Source: Thermoanaerobaculia bacterium
GTDB lineage: Bacteria; Acidobacteriota; Thermoanaerobaculia; Multivoradales; UBA5704
Length of the DNA stretch: 64,000 nucleotides
Assembly (NCBI GenBank): GCA_044226625.1
Contig: JBGAGQ010000022.1
Coordinates: 1-64,000, forward strand
Direction of reading: 5' to 3'
Shown: positions 46,973 through 56,587 of the stretch, piece by piece
Numbering within the stretch: position 1 is the stretch's first letter
Layout: every line of letters starts with the position of its first letter
Translations under genes and position numbers: made by a program
The notes under the pieces: model-generated
What the model was told of the DNA's origin: nothing
The model's database searches: none
What the model saw: the letters and a program-made list of their open reading frames with translations, nothing else

Positions 46973-47734
46973 ATGGCCGATCCCCAAGCCTCTCCTGGCG
47001 CCCGAGTGGCGATCTCGGTGGTGATCCCGGCCTATAACGAAGAGGAACGGCTGGGCCCGAGCCTCGAACGGGCGATCGCCTTCCTCGCGGCGCGTCGCGA
47101 GCGTCGAGGCGAGAGCTTCGAGATCCTGGTTGCCGACGACGGCAGTCGCGACCGCACGGTCGAGGTGGCGGAACGTTTCGCGGCTTCGGGAGTCCGCGCG
47201 ATCCGCCTGCCCCAGAACCGAGGGAAGGGAGCGGCGGTCAAGGCGGGGTTGCTCGCCTCGGCGGGCGATCGGGTGCTGGTTTCGGATGCTGACTTCTCGA
47301 CTCCGATCGAAGAGGTAGAAAAGCTCGAAGACCACCTCGTCCACTCGGACCTCGCGATCGGCAGCCGGGCGACCCGCGGCTCCGACGTCCGCGAACGGCA
47401 ACCGTTCTATCGGGTGCTCCTAGGCAAGGCGGGAAACAAGGTCATCCGTCTCCTTGCCGTCCCCGGGATCGCCGACACGCAATGCGGCTTCAAGCTGCTG
47501 CGCGGGCCGGCGGCCCGCTCTCTCGCCCGAGACCTGACGATCGACGGTTTCGCCTACGACGTGGAGCTGCTCTGGCTCGCCCGGAAGCGGGGATTGAAGA
47601 TCGCCGAGGTGGGTGTGGTTTGGGTGAACTCCGCCGCCTCGAAGGTCGATCCGCTTCCCGCCGCGATGGCCGCCCTGCGCGATGTCGTTCTGATGCGGCT
47701 GCGCCGGAGACCGCGCTCTCGAGGCGAGGCTTGA
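46973..47734 (+). CDS. GT2 polyprenyl/dolichyl-phosphate glycosyltransferase
   Basis: 'VIPAYNEE', 'DDGSRD', 'NRGKG', 'DAD', 'DTQCGFK', 'FAYDVELL'. Confidence 0.9.
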   Translation: MADPQASPGARVAISVVIPAYNEEERLGPSLERAIAFLAARRERRGESFEILVADDGSRDRTVEVAERFAASGVRAIRLPQNRGKGAAVKAGLLASAGDRVLVSDADFSTPIEEVEKLEDHLVHSDLAIGSRATRGSDVRERQPFYRVLLGKAGNKVIRLLAVPGIADTQCGFKLLRGPAARSLARDLTIDGFAYDVELLWLARKRGLKIAEVGVVWVNSAASKVDPLPAAMAALRDVVLMRLRRRPRSRGEA

Positions 47735-50025
47735 ACCCGGCCCTCCCCTGGCTCGCGCTCGCCACCGTCCTTCCCGCGCTCGGCCTCGGCCGGGGATCCG
47801 GAAGGGCCGTCGGCGGGGACGCTCCAGTCGAGGAGGGCACGCTCCGCGCGCGGGTTTCGGAGCTGGCCGTCCCGTGGATGGTCGCGGGCTGGCTCGGGAT
47901 CGCCATGTTGGCTCCCGCATTGCGCCTGCCGGACGGCATTCCAAGCCCTGCGGCGGACCTCAAGGCGGTGGCCCCTTGGCAGGGGAGCGAGGCGGGCCTC
48001 TCGGATCTCGGCGGGAATCCCGTGCTGCGCGATGTGAGCTTCCAGATCCAGCCCTGGCTGGTCTTCCTCAAAAGGGAGTTGCTCGAGGGGCGGCTCCCGG
48101 GTTGGAACTCTTACTCGTTTGCCGGCGCCCCGTTCTGGGCGAACGGACAGTCGGCGCCGCTCTTTCCCCTGCACCTGCTGTTCGCGCTCTTGCCGCTGCA
48201 GATCGGCTTTGTCCTGTTGCCCTGGCTGCGGATCGTGATCGGCGGCTGCGGCGCGTGGCTCCTGGCGCGCGAGCTGGGCGCGTCCCGGCCGGCGGCGCTG
48301 GTCGCGACGATCGGGTTTCCGCTCTCGGGCATGCTGGTTTCCTTCCTACTCTTTCCGATGGGCAACGCGCTCGTCCTCGTGCCCTGGGTCCTCTGGGCGG
48401 TCGAGCGGCTTGCCGCCGGGCGATCGGGCGGGGCGCTGCTCGCAGTCTGCGCCGGAGTCCAACTGCTCGGCGGGCATCCCGAGACGTCGCTCCATACCGC
48501 GATGCTCTCGGCGCTCTATCTCGCCGTCCGGGGCGCGAAGGATCGATCCCTTGCGGCCTGGGGGCGCTTCGTCGCCGCGTGGGCGGTCGCGGCGGGGATC
48601 GCCGCGGTCCAGATCCTGCCGCTCGGCCTTCTGCTGCCCGAGACGAGCAAATGGGCGAGCGGCGGATCGGCGGCCGGGGTGGCGCCCGGCGGTGGACCGC
48701 CACTCGCCCTGCTCTTGCTTCAGCCGCTGCGGTTGCTCCTGCCGCAGCTGTACGGTCATCCGGCCAACGGCACCTGGTGGGGACCGTTCAATTACTCGGC
48801 GACCGCCGCATATGCCGGGGCGATCACCCTTCCCCTGGCCGCGGCGGGGCTGGCGCGAGCAGGCCGCGACCGGCGGGTGTTGGGGATCGCGGTTCTCGTC
48901 GCGTTCTCTTTCCTCGGCGCCTACCACCTGCCGGGCGTTCACGACCTTCTGGCGTCGCTGCCGCTGGTCGGTCGAGCGGCGCACCACCGGCTGATCTTCG
49001 GGCTCGAGCTGGGATTGCCGCTGCTGGCCGCGCTGGGCGTCGACGCTTGGCTTGCGGCCCCGTCTGGGCGAGGACGTAGCCTGATCGTTGGAGCCTCCGC
49101 CGTCGCGGGGATGCTGGCAGCGGCTTGGCTCGCGCTGGGCGAATCGATCCGCGCCCACGGTCTCGCCATGGGGCTTGCGATATCGACCGGGGTCCTCCTG
49201 CTGGTCGCCTTTCTTCTCGCGCTCTCGACCCGGCTGCCGATAGAAGCTCGATGGAGGATCGTCCTCGGGGTGCCGGCAGTGCTGGCGATCGATCTGCTGC
49301 TCGCCCACGGGAGGATCGTGCCGGGCTTGCCTTTCGGGCGCTTCTATCCGACGACCGGGAGCCTTCGGTTCCTCGAAGGCAAGCCCGGCCGGGTTGCCGC
49401 GCTGGGCGAGCAACTGCGGCCGAACGCGGGGATGGTGTACCGGTTGCGCGACCTGCGCGGAGACGATCCTGTGAAGCTCGAGGCGTTCGAAGCGGCCTAT
49501 GGCGGGCTGGGGCGGCCCGATCCGGTCTACCTCCGGCCGATCGGGCGCTGGGACGACCCGCGCCTGGACCGCTGGGGGGTACGCTGGGTTCTGGGAGGTC
49601 CGACGGAGGCGTCACCCGTCTCCGGCTGGCGGCTCGCCTATTCCGGTTCCGATGCGCGGGTCTGGGAAAGGCCGACGGCTCTGGCGCTCGTCCGGTGGGC
49701 CGACGGCTCGACCGCGGGGCTGTCGATCGAAGTGAGCGAGCCCGGCGTCTGGCGCATCGGGGTGCCGGGCGGCGCCGCCCGCCGTCTCGTGGTCTCCGAG
49801 ACCTGGGAGCGCGGTTGGAGGGCCTCGGTTCCTGGGGTCGGGGGTACCGATGCCGTCTCGCCGCTCGACGACGGTACGGCGCTGGCGGTTGACCTGCCGG
49901 CCCGGTCGAGCCGGCGCGAGGTCGAGCTGACCTACCGTCCGCCCGGCCTGATGGCGGGCGCGGCGATCTCGCCGCTCGGCCTCCTCGCGGCGTTGGGACT
50001 TCGGCGCCGGGAGCGTTCGGCGTGA
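47731..50025 (+). CDS. YfhO-family (GT-C fold) membrane glycosyltransferase
   Basis: Multi-TM; 'D.SFQIQPW', 'LPGWNSYSFAGAPFWAN', 'GGHPET'; C-terminal 'VELTYRP'. Confidence 0.8.
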   Translation: MNPALPWLALATVLPALGLGRGSGRAVGGDAPVEEGTLRARVSELAVPWMVAGWLGIAMLAPALRLPDGIPSPAADLKAVAPWQGSEAGLSDLGGNPVLRDVSFQIQPWLVFLKRELLEGRLPGWNSYSFAGAPFWANGQSAPLFPLHLLFALLPLQIGFVLLPWLRIVIGGCGAWLLARELGASRPAALVATIGFPLSGMLVSFLLFPMGNALVLVPWVLWAVERLAAGRSGGALLAVCAGVQLLGGHPETSLHTAMLSALYLAVRGAKDRSLAAWGRFVAAWAVAAGIAAVQILPLGLLLPETSKWASGGSAAGVAPGGGPPLALLLLQPLRLLLPQLYGHPANGTWWGPFNYSATAAYAGAITLPLAAAGLARAGRDRRVLGIAVLVAFSFLGAYHLPGVHDLLASLPLVGRAAHHRLIFGLELGLPLLAALGVDAWLAAPSGRGRSLIVGASAVAGMLAAAWLALGESIRAHGLAMGLAISTGVLLLVAFLLALSTRLPIEARWRIVLGVPAVLAIDLLLAHGRIVPGLPFGRFYPTTGSLRFLEGKPGRVAALGEQLRPNAGMVYRLRDLRGDDPVKLEAFEAAYGGLGRPDPVYLRPIGRWDDPRLDRWGVRWVLGGPTEASPVSGWRLAYSGSDARVWERPTALALVRWADGSTAGLSIEVSEPGVWRIGVPGGAARRLVVSETWERGWRASVPGVGGTDAVSPLDDGTALAVDLPARSSRREVELTYRPPGLMAGAAISPLGLLAALGLRRRERSA

Positions 50026-50990
50026 GCATTTCTTACTCGAGTTCGGCCCACTCGGCTCTTCAGCTCCGGCCTACCGAGCCGGAGGACCTTGCCGCCCTCT
50101 CCGAGCTGTTCGAGCGGCGATTCGGCCGGCCGCTCTCGGCGGCGGAATGGACCTGGAAATATCGGCAGCTGCCGGGGGAGGGGCGCAGCTGGGTGGCGGC
50201 GCTCGGTCCGCCCGGCGCCGAGGTGGTCGCGCATTCCGGGGCGTTGCGCCTTCCGGCTCGCTGGAGCGGCGGCGAGGGAGGGATATGGCAACTGGTCGAC
50301 TGGGTCGCATCGGAGCGGCAGCCGCACCTGAGGCCGCCGCTCGTCGATCTCGGTCGCTCTCTGCTTTCCGACCTACCGGGGGAGCACGACGCTCCTTGGA
50401 TCTTCGGCTTCCCGAGCGACCGGCATTTTCGCCTCGGCCAGAGAGTGTTCGGCTACCGCCCGCTCGCCGAGATCGCGCCCCTCGAAGGGGACGTGGCGGC
50501 TGCGGCGGTGGGGCGCGAGATCGCCTGGGGCGACGTGGCGCCGGAAGGCGCGGCGGAGATCTGGACCGCTTCGGGAGGACCCTTCGGGATCGTCCGTTCG
50601 GCGGCGTTCCTCAACTGGCGCTACCATGCCCGGCCGGATCGCTACTACCGGATCTACTCGCCCGAGGCGTCCGGCGTCTCCGGCTTGGTCGTGGTCGGGT
50701 TCGCCGGTCGCCTCGCCCAGGTGGCCGAGCTCTGGCTGCCGCGCGGAAGGGACTGGCGTGCCGACCTCGCCGGGATCGCCGCGGACCTGGCGACGGCCGG
50801 TATCGAGACCTGGGCCGTCTGGCCGCCGCCGGCAGACCGGCCCGATCTCGACGAGGCGTTCGCCGAGCTCGGCCTGCGCCCGGCGGAGGAGCGGGTCTTT
50901 CTCGGATGCCGGGGCCGCCAGGAGGGGCCCGATCCGGTCGCGGCGGCGGAGGGTTTCTATTGCGCGATGGGGGACTATGACCTGGTCTGA
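50022..50990 (+). CDS. GNAT-fold acyltransferase
   Basis: 'EWTWKYR', 'WIFGFPS', 'RSAAFLNWRY..RP...Y', C-terminal 'GDYD'. Confidence 0.7.
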   Translation: MSISYSSSAHSALQLRPTEPEDLAALSELFERRFGRPLSAAEWTWKYRQLPGEGRSWVAALGPPGAEVVAHSGALRLPARWSGGEGGIWQLVDWVASERQPHLRPPLVDLGRSLLSDLPGEHDAPWIFGFPSDRHFRLGQRVFGYRPLAEIAPLEGDVAAAAVGREIAWGDVAPEGAAEIWTASGGPFGIVRSAAFLNWRYHARPDRYYRIYSPEASGVSGLVVVGFAGRLAQVAELWLPRGRDWRADLAGIAADLATAGIETWAVWPPPADRPDLDEAFAELGLRPAEERVFLGCRGRQEGPDPVAAAEGFYCAMGDYDLV

Positions 50991-53376
50991 ACCGAAGGGG
51001 AGATCGAACGGGAGCCCGGCCGGAAAATTCGCCCGGTTCAGGCGCTGTGCGCTGCTCGGAGCGGTCCTCGTCCTCGCCTCGTGTGGGCGCCGCCTCGATT
51101 CGCACCTCGATCTCAACGACGCGGTGCGAGCCCACCGATTCGCCTCCGGGGAAGGGCTCGTCGCGGCGACCGTCGCCGGTCGCCCCGGACTCGCGTTCCG
51201 TCGCCCCCCGAGCCTCGCGCGGCTCGAGATGGGACTGGAGAGCCGGCCGGCGGTGATCACCTCGGTCGAGCCCTGGGCCTGGCGGGGGCGCCTCCCCCAA
51301 GGTGCCCGGCTTCACCTCGGGGTCCAAGCGCTGCCGCTCGGCTGGCGCGTGGCTTCCGCGCTGGAGGTCGTCGTCGAGGTCGCGGCCGGCGAGGGCAGGG
51401 AGGTGGTCGAGGTCGCGCGGCGCGAGAAGAGCGAGTCACCCGCCTGGCTCGATCTCGACGTCGATCTCGCGCGTTTCGGCGGCGAGGACGTCGCTCTGAC
51501 CGTCCGCCCGACCCTTGCCGGCCTGCTCGCCGAGGATCGCGCGACGCCGCTCCTCGCCTGGAACCCAGCGCGCCTTTCGTCGTCGGTCGCGATCGCCGAG
51601 GCACGACCGGACGACCGGCGGCCGAACGTCCTGTTCATCCTGATCGACACGCTGCGCGCCGACCATCTGACGCCATACGGCTACCGGCGCGAAACGAGCC
51701 CCGAGATCGCGCGTTGGCTGGCGGCGGGCGGGACCACCGTCGAGACCGCTTACAGCCAGGCTCCTTGGACCCTCCCTTCGCTCGTCGCGATCATGAGCGG
51801 GCGCTACCCGGGCGAGATCCTCGGCGATCCGGTCGAGTCGTTCGCGCTTCCGAAGGAGGTCCCGTCGCTCGCCGAGCGGTTCGCGGTCGCTGGCTACGCG
51901 ACGGCCGGATTCCTCGGCAATCCTTCACTCCATCAGGGCAACGGCTTTGCCCGCGGCTTCGGCACGTTTTATACCCCGCCGCCGGTCCCGGCTTCGATGG
52001 ACCTGCATGGGGGGGGCCTCACCGATCGCGCGCTGTCGTGGCTGGGTGCCCACGCGGGCGGGGCCGAGCGGCCGTTCTTCCTCTACGTCCATTTCATCGA
52101 CCCGCACGACCCGTACGACTCGCCGGAATTGAAGAACGGCGTCTCGTCGTTCGATCCCGGGTACCACGGCAAGATCGGCACGAACTGGATCCACGGCATC
52201 TACACCGGCCGGCTGGCGCTCGACGACCCGGCCCGCGACCTCCAGCACATCGAGGCGCTCTACGACAGCGAGGTCCACTACGCCGATTCGCAAGTCGGCC
52301 GGCTGCTCGCCGCGCTGCCGCCGGAGGTTCTCGCCAACACGCTCGTGGTACTCACCGCCGACCACGGCGAGGAGCTGTTCGATCACGGCGGCTGGAAACA
52401 TGGCCAGACGCTCTACGACGAGCAGATCCACGTCCCGCTGTTCTTCCGCTGGGACGGCAAGATCCCCGCGGGGCGACGCCTCCCGGGAGTCGTGCGGCTG
52501 CTCGACCTCGCGCCCACCCTGGCCGCGGCGATCGGTGCGAAGGCCGATCCGGCGTGGGACGGTGTCGACCTCCTTCCGGCTCTCGAAGGACGGAATGCTG
52601 TGCCGAGGCGGCCGGCGTTCGCTCAGCATCTTGCGAGCGGACCGCTCCGGGTGGCGACCATCGTCGACCGGGACAAACGCATTCGCTTCAATCGGAACGC
52701 GCCGTTCGTCGCGGCCGATGAACTGCAGGCGCACCTCTATCGGGTCGACCTCGGGCGGATGCCCTCGGAGGAACGATTCGATCTCGCAGCGGATCCCCAC
52801 GAGAAGAAGAACCTGATCGATCCGTCGGCCGTGGTCTCCCCGGGCGGAGGGGCCTCTTCGCCTCCAATGCCGCCCATCGACGCGCTCCTCTCCGCCCAAC
52901 TCGACGAACAGCTCCGAGGTCTAAGGGTCGTGGCTCGTCCCTGCCCGGGGGGGGCACGGCTCGGTGGTAGCATCTCTTGGTCGTCCACGGCTCCGGCCGG
53001 CGTCTTTCCGCTTTTCCTTGCGCCCGGCGACCGGGTCGAGATGAGCGGAAACTCGATCCGCTTCGAATTCGTCTGCGAACCGAACCCTTGGCGGAGCAAA
53101 GGGTTCCTGGTCCAGGGTGGGTCCGGCGCGCCTCTCACGATCTCGGCTCGGCTCGGCGATCGCCCGCTCGGTCCCGACGAAATCCGGGTCGGCGGCGGCA
53201 CCGCTTACAGCGGGGGCCTAGTCGCCGCGTCGGCCCTCGAGGCTCGGCATTTCCCCCGGATCGACGCCGGGGGGATCCTTTTGCTTTGGAACCGCAGCGA
53301 CCTCGGGCGGCCCGCTCCCTCTTCGGCGAGCGAGGAGACCGAGAAGAGCCTACGCGCCTTGGGATACATCCAGTGA
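50977..53376 (+). CDS. sulfatase-like hydrolase/transferase lipoprotein
   Basis: Lipobox VLASC; 'IDTLRAD', 'WTLPS', 'DPHDPY', 'ADHGE', C-terminal 'LRALGYI'. Confidence 0.85.
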   Translation: MTWSEPKGRSNGSPAGKFARFRRCALLGAVLVLASCGRRLDSHLDLNDAVRAHRFASGEGLVAATVAGRPGLAFRRPPSLARLEMGLESRPAVITSVEPWAWRGRLPQGARLHLGVQALPLGWRVASALEVVVEVAAGEGREVVEVARREKSESPAWLDLDVDLARFGGEDVALTVRPTLAGLLAEDRATPLLAWNPARLSSSVAIAEARPDDRRPNVLFILIDTLRADHLTPYGYRRETSPEIARWLAAGGTTVETAYSQAPWTLPSLVAIMSGRYPGEILGDPVESFALPKEVPSLAERFAVAGYATAGFLGNPSLHQGNGFARGFGTFYTPPPVPASMDLHGGGLTDRALSWLGAHAGGAERPFFLYVHFIDPHDPYDSPELKNGVSSFDPGYHGKIGTNWIHGIYTGRLALDDPARDLQHIEALYDSEVHYADSQVGRLLAALPPEVLANTLVVLTADHGEELFDHGGWKHGQTLYDEQIHVPLFFRWDGKIPAGRRLPGVVRLLDLAPTLAAAIGAKADPAWDGVDLLPALEGRNAVPRRPAFAQHLASGPLRVATIVDRDKRIRFNRNAPFVAADELQAHLYRVDLGRMPSEERFDLAADPHEKKNLIDPSAVVSPGGGASSPPMPPIDALLSAQLDEQLRGLRVVARPCPGGARLGGSISWSSTAPAGVFPLFLAPGDRVEMSGNSIRFEFVCEPNPWRSKGFLVQGGSGAPLTISARLGDRPLGPDEIRVGGGTAYSGGLVAASALEARHFPRIDAGGILLLWNRSDLGRPAPSSASEETEKSLRALGYIQ

Positions 53377-55283
53377 CCGTCCGCCCTACTCTTCCTGCGC
53401 CGCCCGGAGCCTGCGAGCGCGTTTTCGCATCAAGCGCCCTGGCGATCGCGCCCCATCCCGACGACGAAGTGCTGGGCCCGGGAGGCCTGCTCGCCCAGCT
53501 CGCCGCATCGGGCGCCGCGGTGCGGGTGCTGTTCCTCTCGGACGGTGGTGGTGGGGAAGAGCCCGTCGCAGATCGCGCCGACTACGCCGCGCGACGGCGG
53601 GCGGAGTCCGCCCGCTCGGTCGAGATTCTCGGTCTCGCCGGCTGCGATCTCTTGGACCTTCCGGACGGCGGCCTCGCCGAACGCCTGGACGAGATCGCGG
53701 AAGGGATCCGTCGCGCGCTCCTGTCGCAGCGGCCGGACCTGCTCCTCGTGCCGTCGCCGCTCGAAGCGAGCGCCGACCACCGGGCGGCTTTCGCGGCGCT
53801 CCACCGCCTGCTCGCCCCGTTGCGAGGCGAAGCGCTCGCCGACTTCGCGGGCCTCCGCATCCTCGCCTACGAGGTGAACCGCCCCGGGTATCCCGACCTG
53901 CTGGTCGACGTATCGGCCGAAGGGGAGCTCCTGGAGCGGGCTTTCTCGGTTCATCAGAGCCAGGCCGAGCGTCATCCGTATTGGAACGCGGCGCTCGGCC
54001 TGCGCCGGCATCGGACTTTGTCGCTCCCGGCGGGGGTCGAGCTGGCCGAGGGGTATCGGCGGCTTACGGTGGACGACTTCCGCACCCGCAGCCCGGCGCA
54101 GCTGATCCGCCATCTCGGTGGTCTGCCGGAGCAGCTGGAGGTGCTGGAGGGCCCGGACGTTTCGGTGATCGTCCGCACCAAGGACCGGCCGGAGCTACTC
54201 GCTGAAGCGCTCGCCTCGCTCGCCGGCCAGACTTACCACCGGACCCAGGTCGTGCTGGTCAACGACGGCGGTGCCCAGCCGGCGCTTCCCCCCGAATTCC
54301 CCCTGCAGGTCGTCCGGGTGGATCTCGACCCCGGCCGCGGCCGGGCGGCGGCGGCGCAAGCGGGGATCGAGGCGGCGACCGGCCGTTTCGTCGCCTTCCT
54401 GGACGACGACGACCTCGCCGCCCCGGAGCATCTGGCGATCCTGGCCTCGATGGTCCAAGGCGCCGGGGTGCGGGTCGCCTACACCGACGCCGCGGTCGCA
54501 ATCTATGAGCTCGCGCGGGGCGGCGCACGGGGTTGGAGCTGCGCCGAGCGGCGCCTTCCCTACAGCCGGGATTTCGACCCCGACCTTCTGCTGGTCGACA
54601 ACTACATCCCGTTCAACACGCTGTTGATCGAACGCGATCTGCTGCTCGCCGCCGGCCCGGTCGACGCGTCGTTGCCGTTCTTCGAGGACTGGGATCTGCT
54701 GATCCGCGTCGCGGCGCTCGCCCCGTTCTTCCATCGGCCGGTGGTCACCTGCGAGTACCGCCATTTCCGCGGTGCGCCGCACCACGTGTTCGGCGAGCGG
54801 CCCCGGGAGCGCTCCGACTTCCTCGCGGTCAAGGCCCGGGTGATCGAGAAACACTCGGGCCGCCTCGGCGCCGACCGGATCGCCCGCGCGGTCGATACCC
54901 TGCGCCGCGAAGAGGTCGAAGCGCGGGAAGAGGCGGCGCGCCGCAAGGCCGAGATCGACGGTTTGCGCGGCGAGCTCACCGCGGAGGCGGCCCGATTTGC
55001 CGCGTTGGAGGCTACCCATCGCGACCTGTCCACCGAGCGGTTCGCCTGGGAGACTCGCTACCACGAGGTCAACGGCGCGCATGCCGCCCTTCTCGCCGAG
55101 CGTGCGCGTCTGGTGGAAGATCTCGAACGGCTTTACGGCGAGGAGCGGTCGCTACGCGGGACGGTCGACGAGCAGACGCTCCACCTGGGGCGGACGTATG
55201 CCGAAATCGAGCGTCTGAACGAGCTGGTCCGAACCATGGAAGCCTCACGGGCCTGGCGGCTGCACAGGCTGATCTCCCGCTGA
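53373..55283 (+). CDS. PIG-L deacetylase - GT2 glycosyltransferase - coiled-coil fusion
   Basis: 'APHPDDE', 'ADH'; 'VIVRTKDR', 'FLDDDD', 'EDWDL'; heptad-rich C-terminus ending 'MEASRAWRL'. Confidence 0.85.
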   Translation: MTVRPTLPAPPGACERVFASSALAIAPHPDDEVLGPGGLLAQLAASGAAVRVLFLSDGGGGEEPVADRADYAARRRAESARSVEILGLAGCDLLDLPDGGLAERLDEIAEGIRRALLSQRPDLLLVPSPLEASADHRAAFAALHRLLAPLRGEALADFAGLRILAYEVNRPGYPDLLVDVSAEGELLERAFSVHQSQAERHPYWNAALGLRRHRTLSLPAGVELAEGYRRLTVDDFRTRSPAQLIRHLGGLPEQLEVLEGPDVSVIVRTKDRPELLAEALASLAGQTYHRTQVVLVNDGGAQPALPPEFPLQVVRVDLDPGRGRAAAAQAGIEAATGRFVAFLDDDDLAAPEHLAILASMVQGAGVRVAYTDAAVAIYELARGGARGWSCAERRLPYSRDFDPDLLLVDNYIPFNTLLIERDLLLAAGPVDASLPFFEDWDLLIRVAALAPFFHRPVVTCEYRHFRGAPHHVFGERPRERSDFLAVKARVIEKHSGRLGADRIARAVDTLRREEVEAREEAARRKAEIDGLRGELTAEAARFAALEATHRDLSTERFAWETRYHEVNGAHAALLAERARLVEDLERLYGEERSLRGTVDEQTLHLGRTYAEIERLNELVRTMEASRAWRLHRLISR

Positions 55284-55300
55284 GATTCCTGCCGCTGCCG

Positions 55301-56587
55301 ATGCCTTCCGCCCCTCGCGTCGCGCTCCTTTCGAGCGAGCCGATCCGTCCGAAAATGGCCGGAATCGGCATCCGCTACGCGGAGCTTGCCCGCCGGCTCC
55401 CGGGTTACGGCATCGACGTCCTTTTGATCTCTCCTGCCACGTCCGAGGAGATGCGGGCGGCGTCCGGGCTTGAAGGAGACCGGGTGGCGACCTTCGAGCG
55501 CGGAAGGTTGGGAGACCTCGCCGCCGGCTGCACCGCGGTCGTCGCCCAAGGGCAGCTCGCAAACGACGCGGTGGTCGAGCTCGGGGCTCGCGGTCTACCC
55601 GTCGCGATCGACCTCTACGATCCCTGGCTGATCGAAAACTTCGCTTACGTTCCGACTCTCGGGCTCGACCCGTACCGCAACGATCACGCGACCTGGGTGC
55701 TCCAGATGTCGCGCGGCGATTTCTTCCTCTGCTCCTCGGAAGAGCAGAGGACGTTCTACCTTGGTTTTCTCGCCGCGCTGGGCCGTGTGAACCCCGAGCG
55801 CCTGGCCGGAGATCCCGATCTCGCCGGACTGATCGCGCCGGTGCCTTTCGGCGTGCCGGACCGCCTGCCGCCCCACGAGCCCTACCTGCCCGAGCGCCGG
55901 TCCGGCGAGAAGCGCTTGCTCTTCGGCGGGGTCTACGACTGGTACGATCCCTGGACGCTGCTCGACGCGCTCGATGCGATCGGCGCCTTCGACCGCCCCG
56001 ACTGGACCCTCCTCTTGATCGCGAACCCGAATCCGGATCAGACGCCGCAACGTCTCCTCGGCGAGGTCGAGGCGCGCTGCCGTCGTCGAGGGGTCTGGGG
56101 GAGCCGCGTCCGCTTGATCGATTGGGTTCCCTCCGACCGCCGGTACGACCTGCTGCGCGACGTGGACGTGCTGGTCGCGCCGCATCGACCGACGCTCGAG
56201 ACCCGCCTTTCGCTCCGCACCCGGTTCCTGGACGCCCTCGCCGCGGGGTGCCCGGTGGTGACCAGCGCCGGAGGAGCGATGAGCCGGATGCTGGTCGAGC
56301 ACTGCGCCGGGCTCGTCGTGCCTCCCGGCGACGCCCCGGCGCTCGGCAAGGCGCTCGAAGCGGCGGTCGGTCGGGTCGACCGCGAAGCGATTGAAGCCGG
56401 CGCCGCCCGTCTGCTCGAGGGCTTTCGATGGGATCGCGCGCTCGCGCCGCTCGTCGCCTTTTGCCGCGAGCCGCGCGTCGACCCCACGAAGGAGCGCTTC
56501 GCCCAGGCCCTGCCGACGTCGGCGCCGGCTGATCCGCTCGCATTCCGGGTGCGCCGACGCCTCCGAAGGATGCTCGGCGGGCGATGA
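55301..56587 (+). CDS. glycosyltransferase (GT4-like)
   Basis: 'MAGIGIR', 'DLYDP', 'GGVYDWYDP', 'ETRLSLRTRFLD..AAGCPVV'. Confidence 0.8.
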   Translation: MPSAPRVALLSSEPIRPKMAGIGIRYAELARRLPGYGIDVLLISPATSEEMRAASGLEGDRVATFERGRLGDLAAGCTAVVAQGQLANDAVVELGARGLPVAIDLYDPWLIENFAYVPTLGLDPYRNDHATWVLQMSRGDFFLCSSEEQRTFYLGFLAALGRVNPERLAGDPDLAGLIAPVPFGVPDRLPPHEPYLPERRSGEKRLLFGGVYDWYDPWTLLDALDAIGAFDRPDWTLLLIANPNPDQTPQRLLGEVEARCRRRGVWGSRVRLIDWVPSDRRYDLLRDVDVLVAPHRPTLETRLSLRTRFLDALAAGCPVVTSAGGAMSRMLVEHCAGLVVPPGDAPALGKALEAAVGRVDREAIEAGAARLLEGFRWDRALAPLVAFCREPRVDPTKERFAQALPTSAPADPLAFRVRRRLRRMLGGR

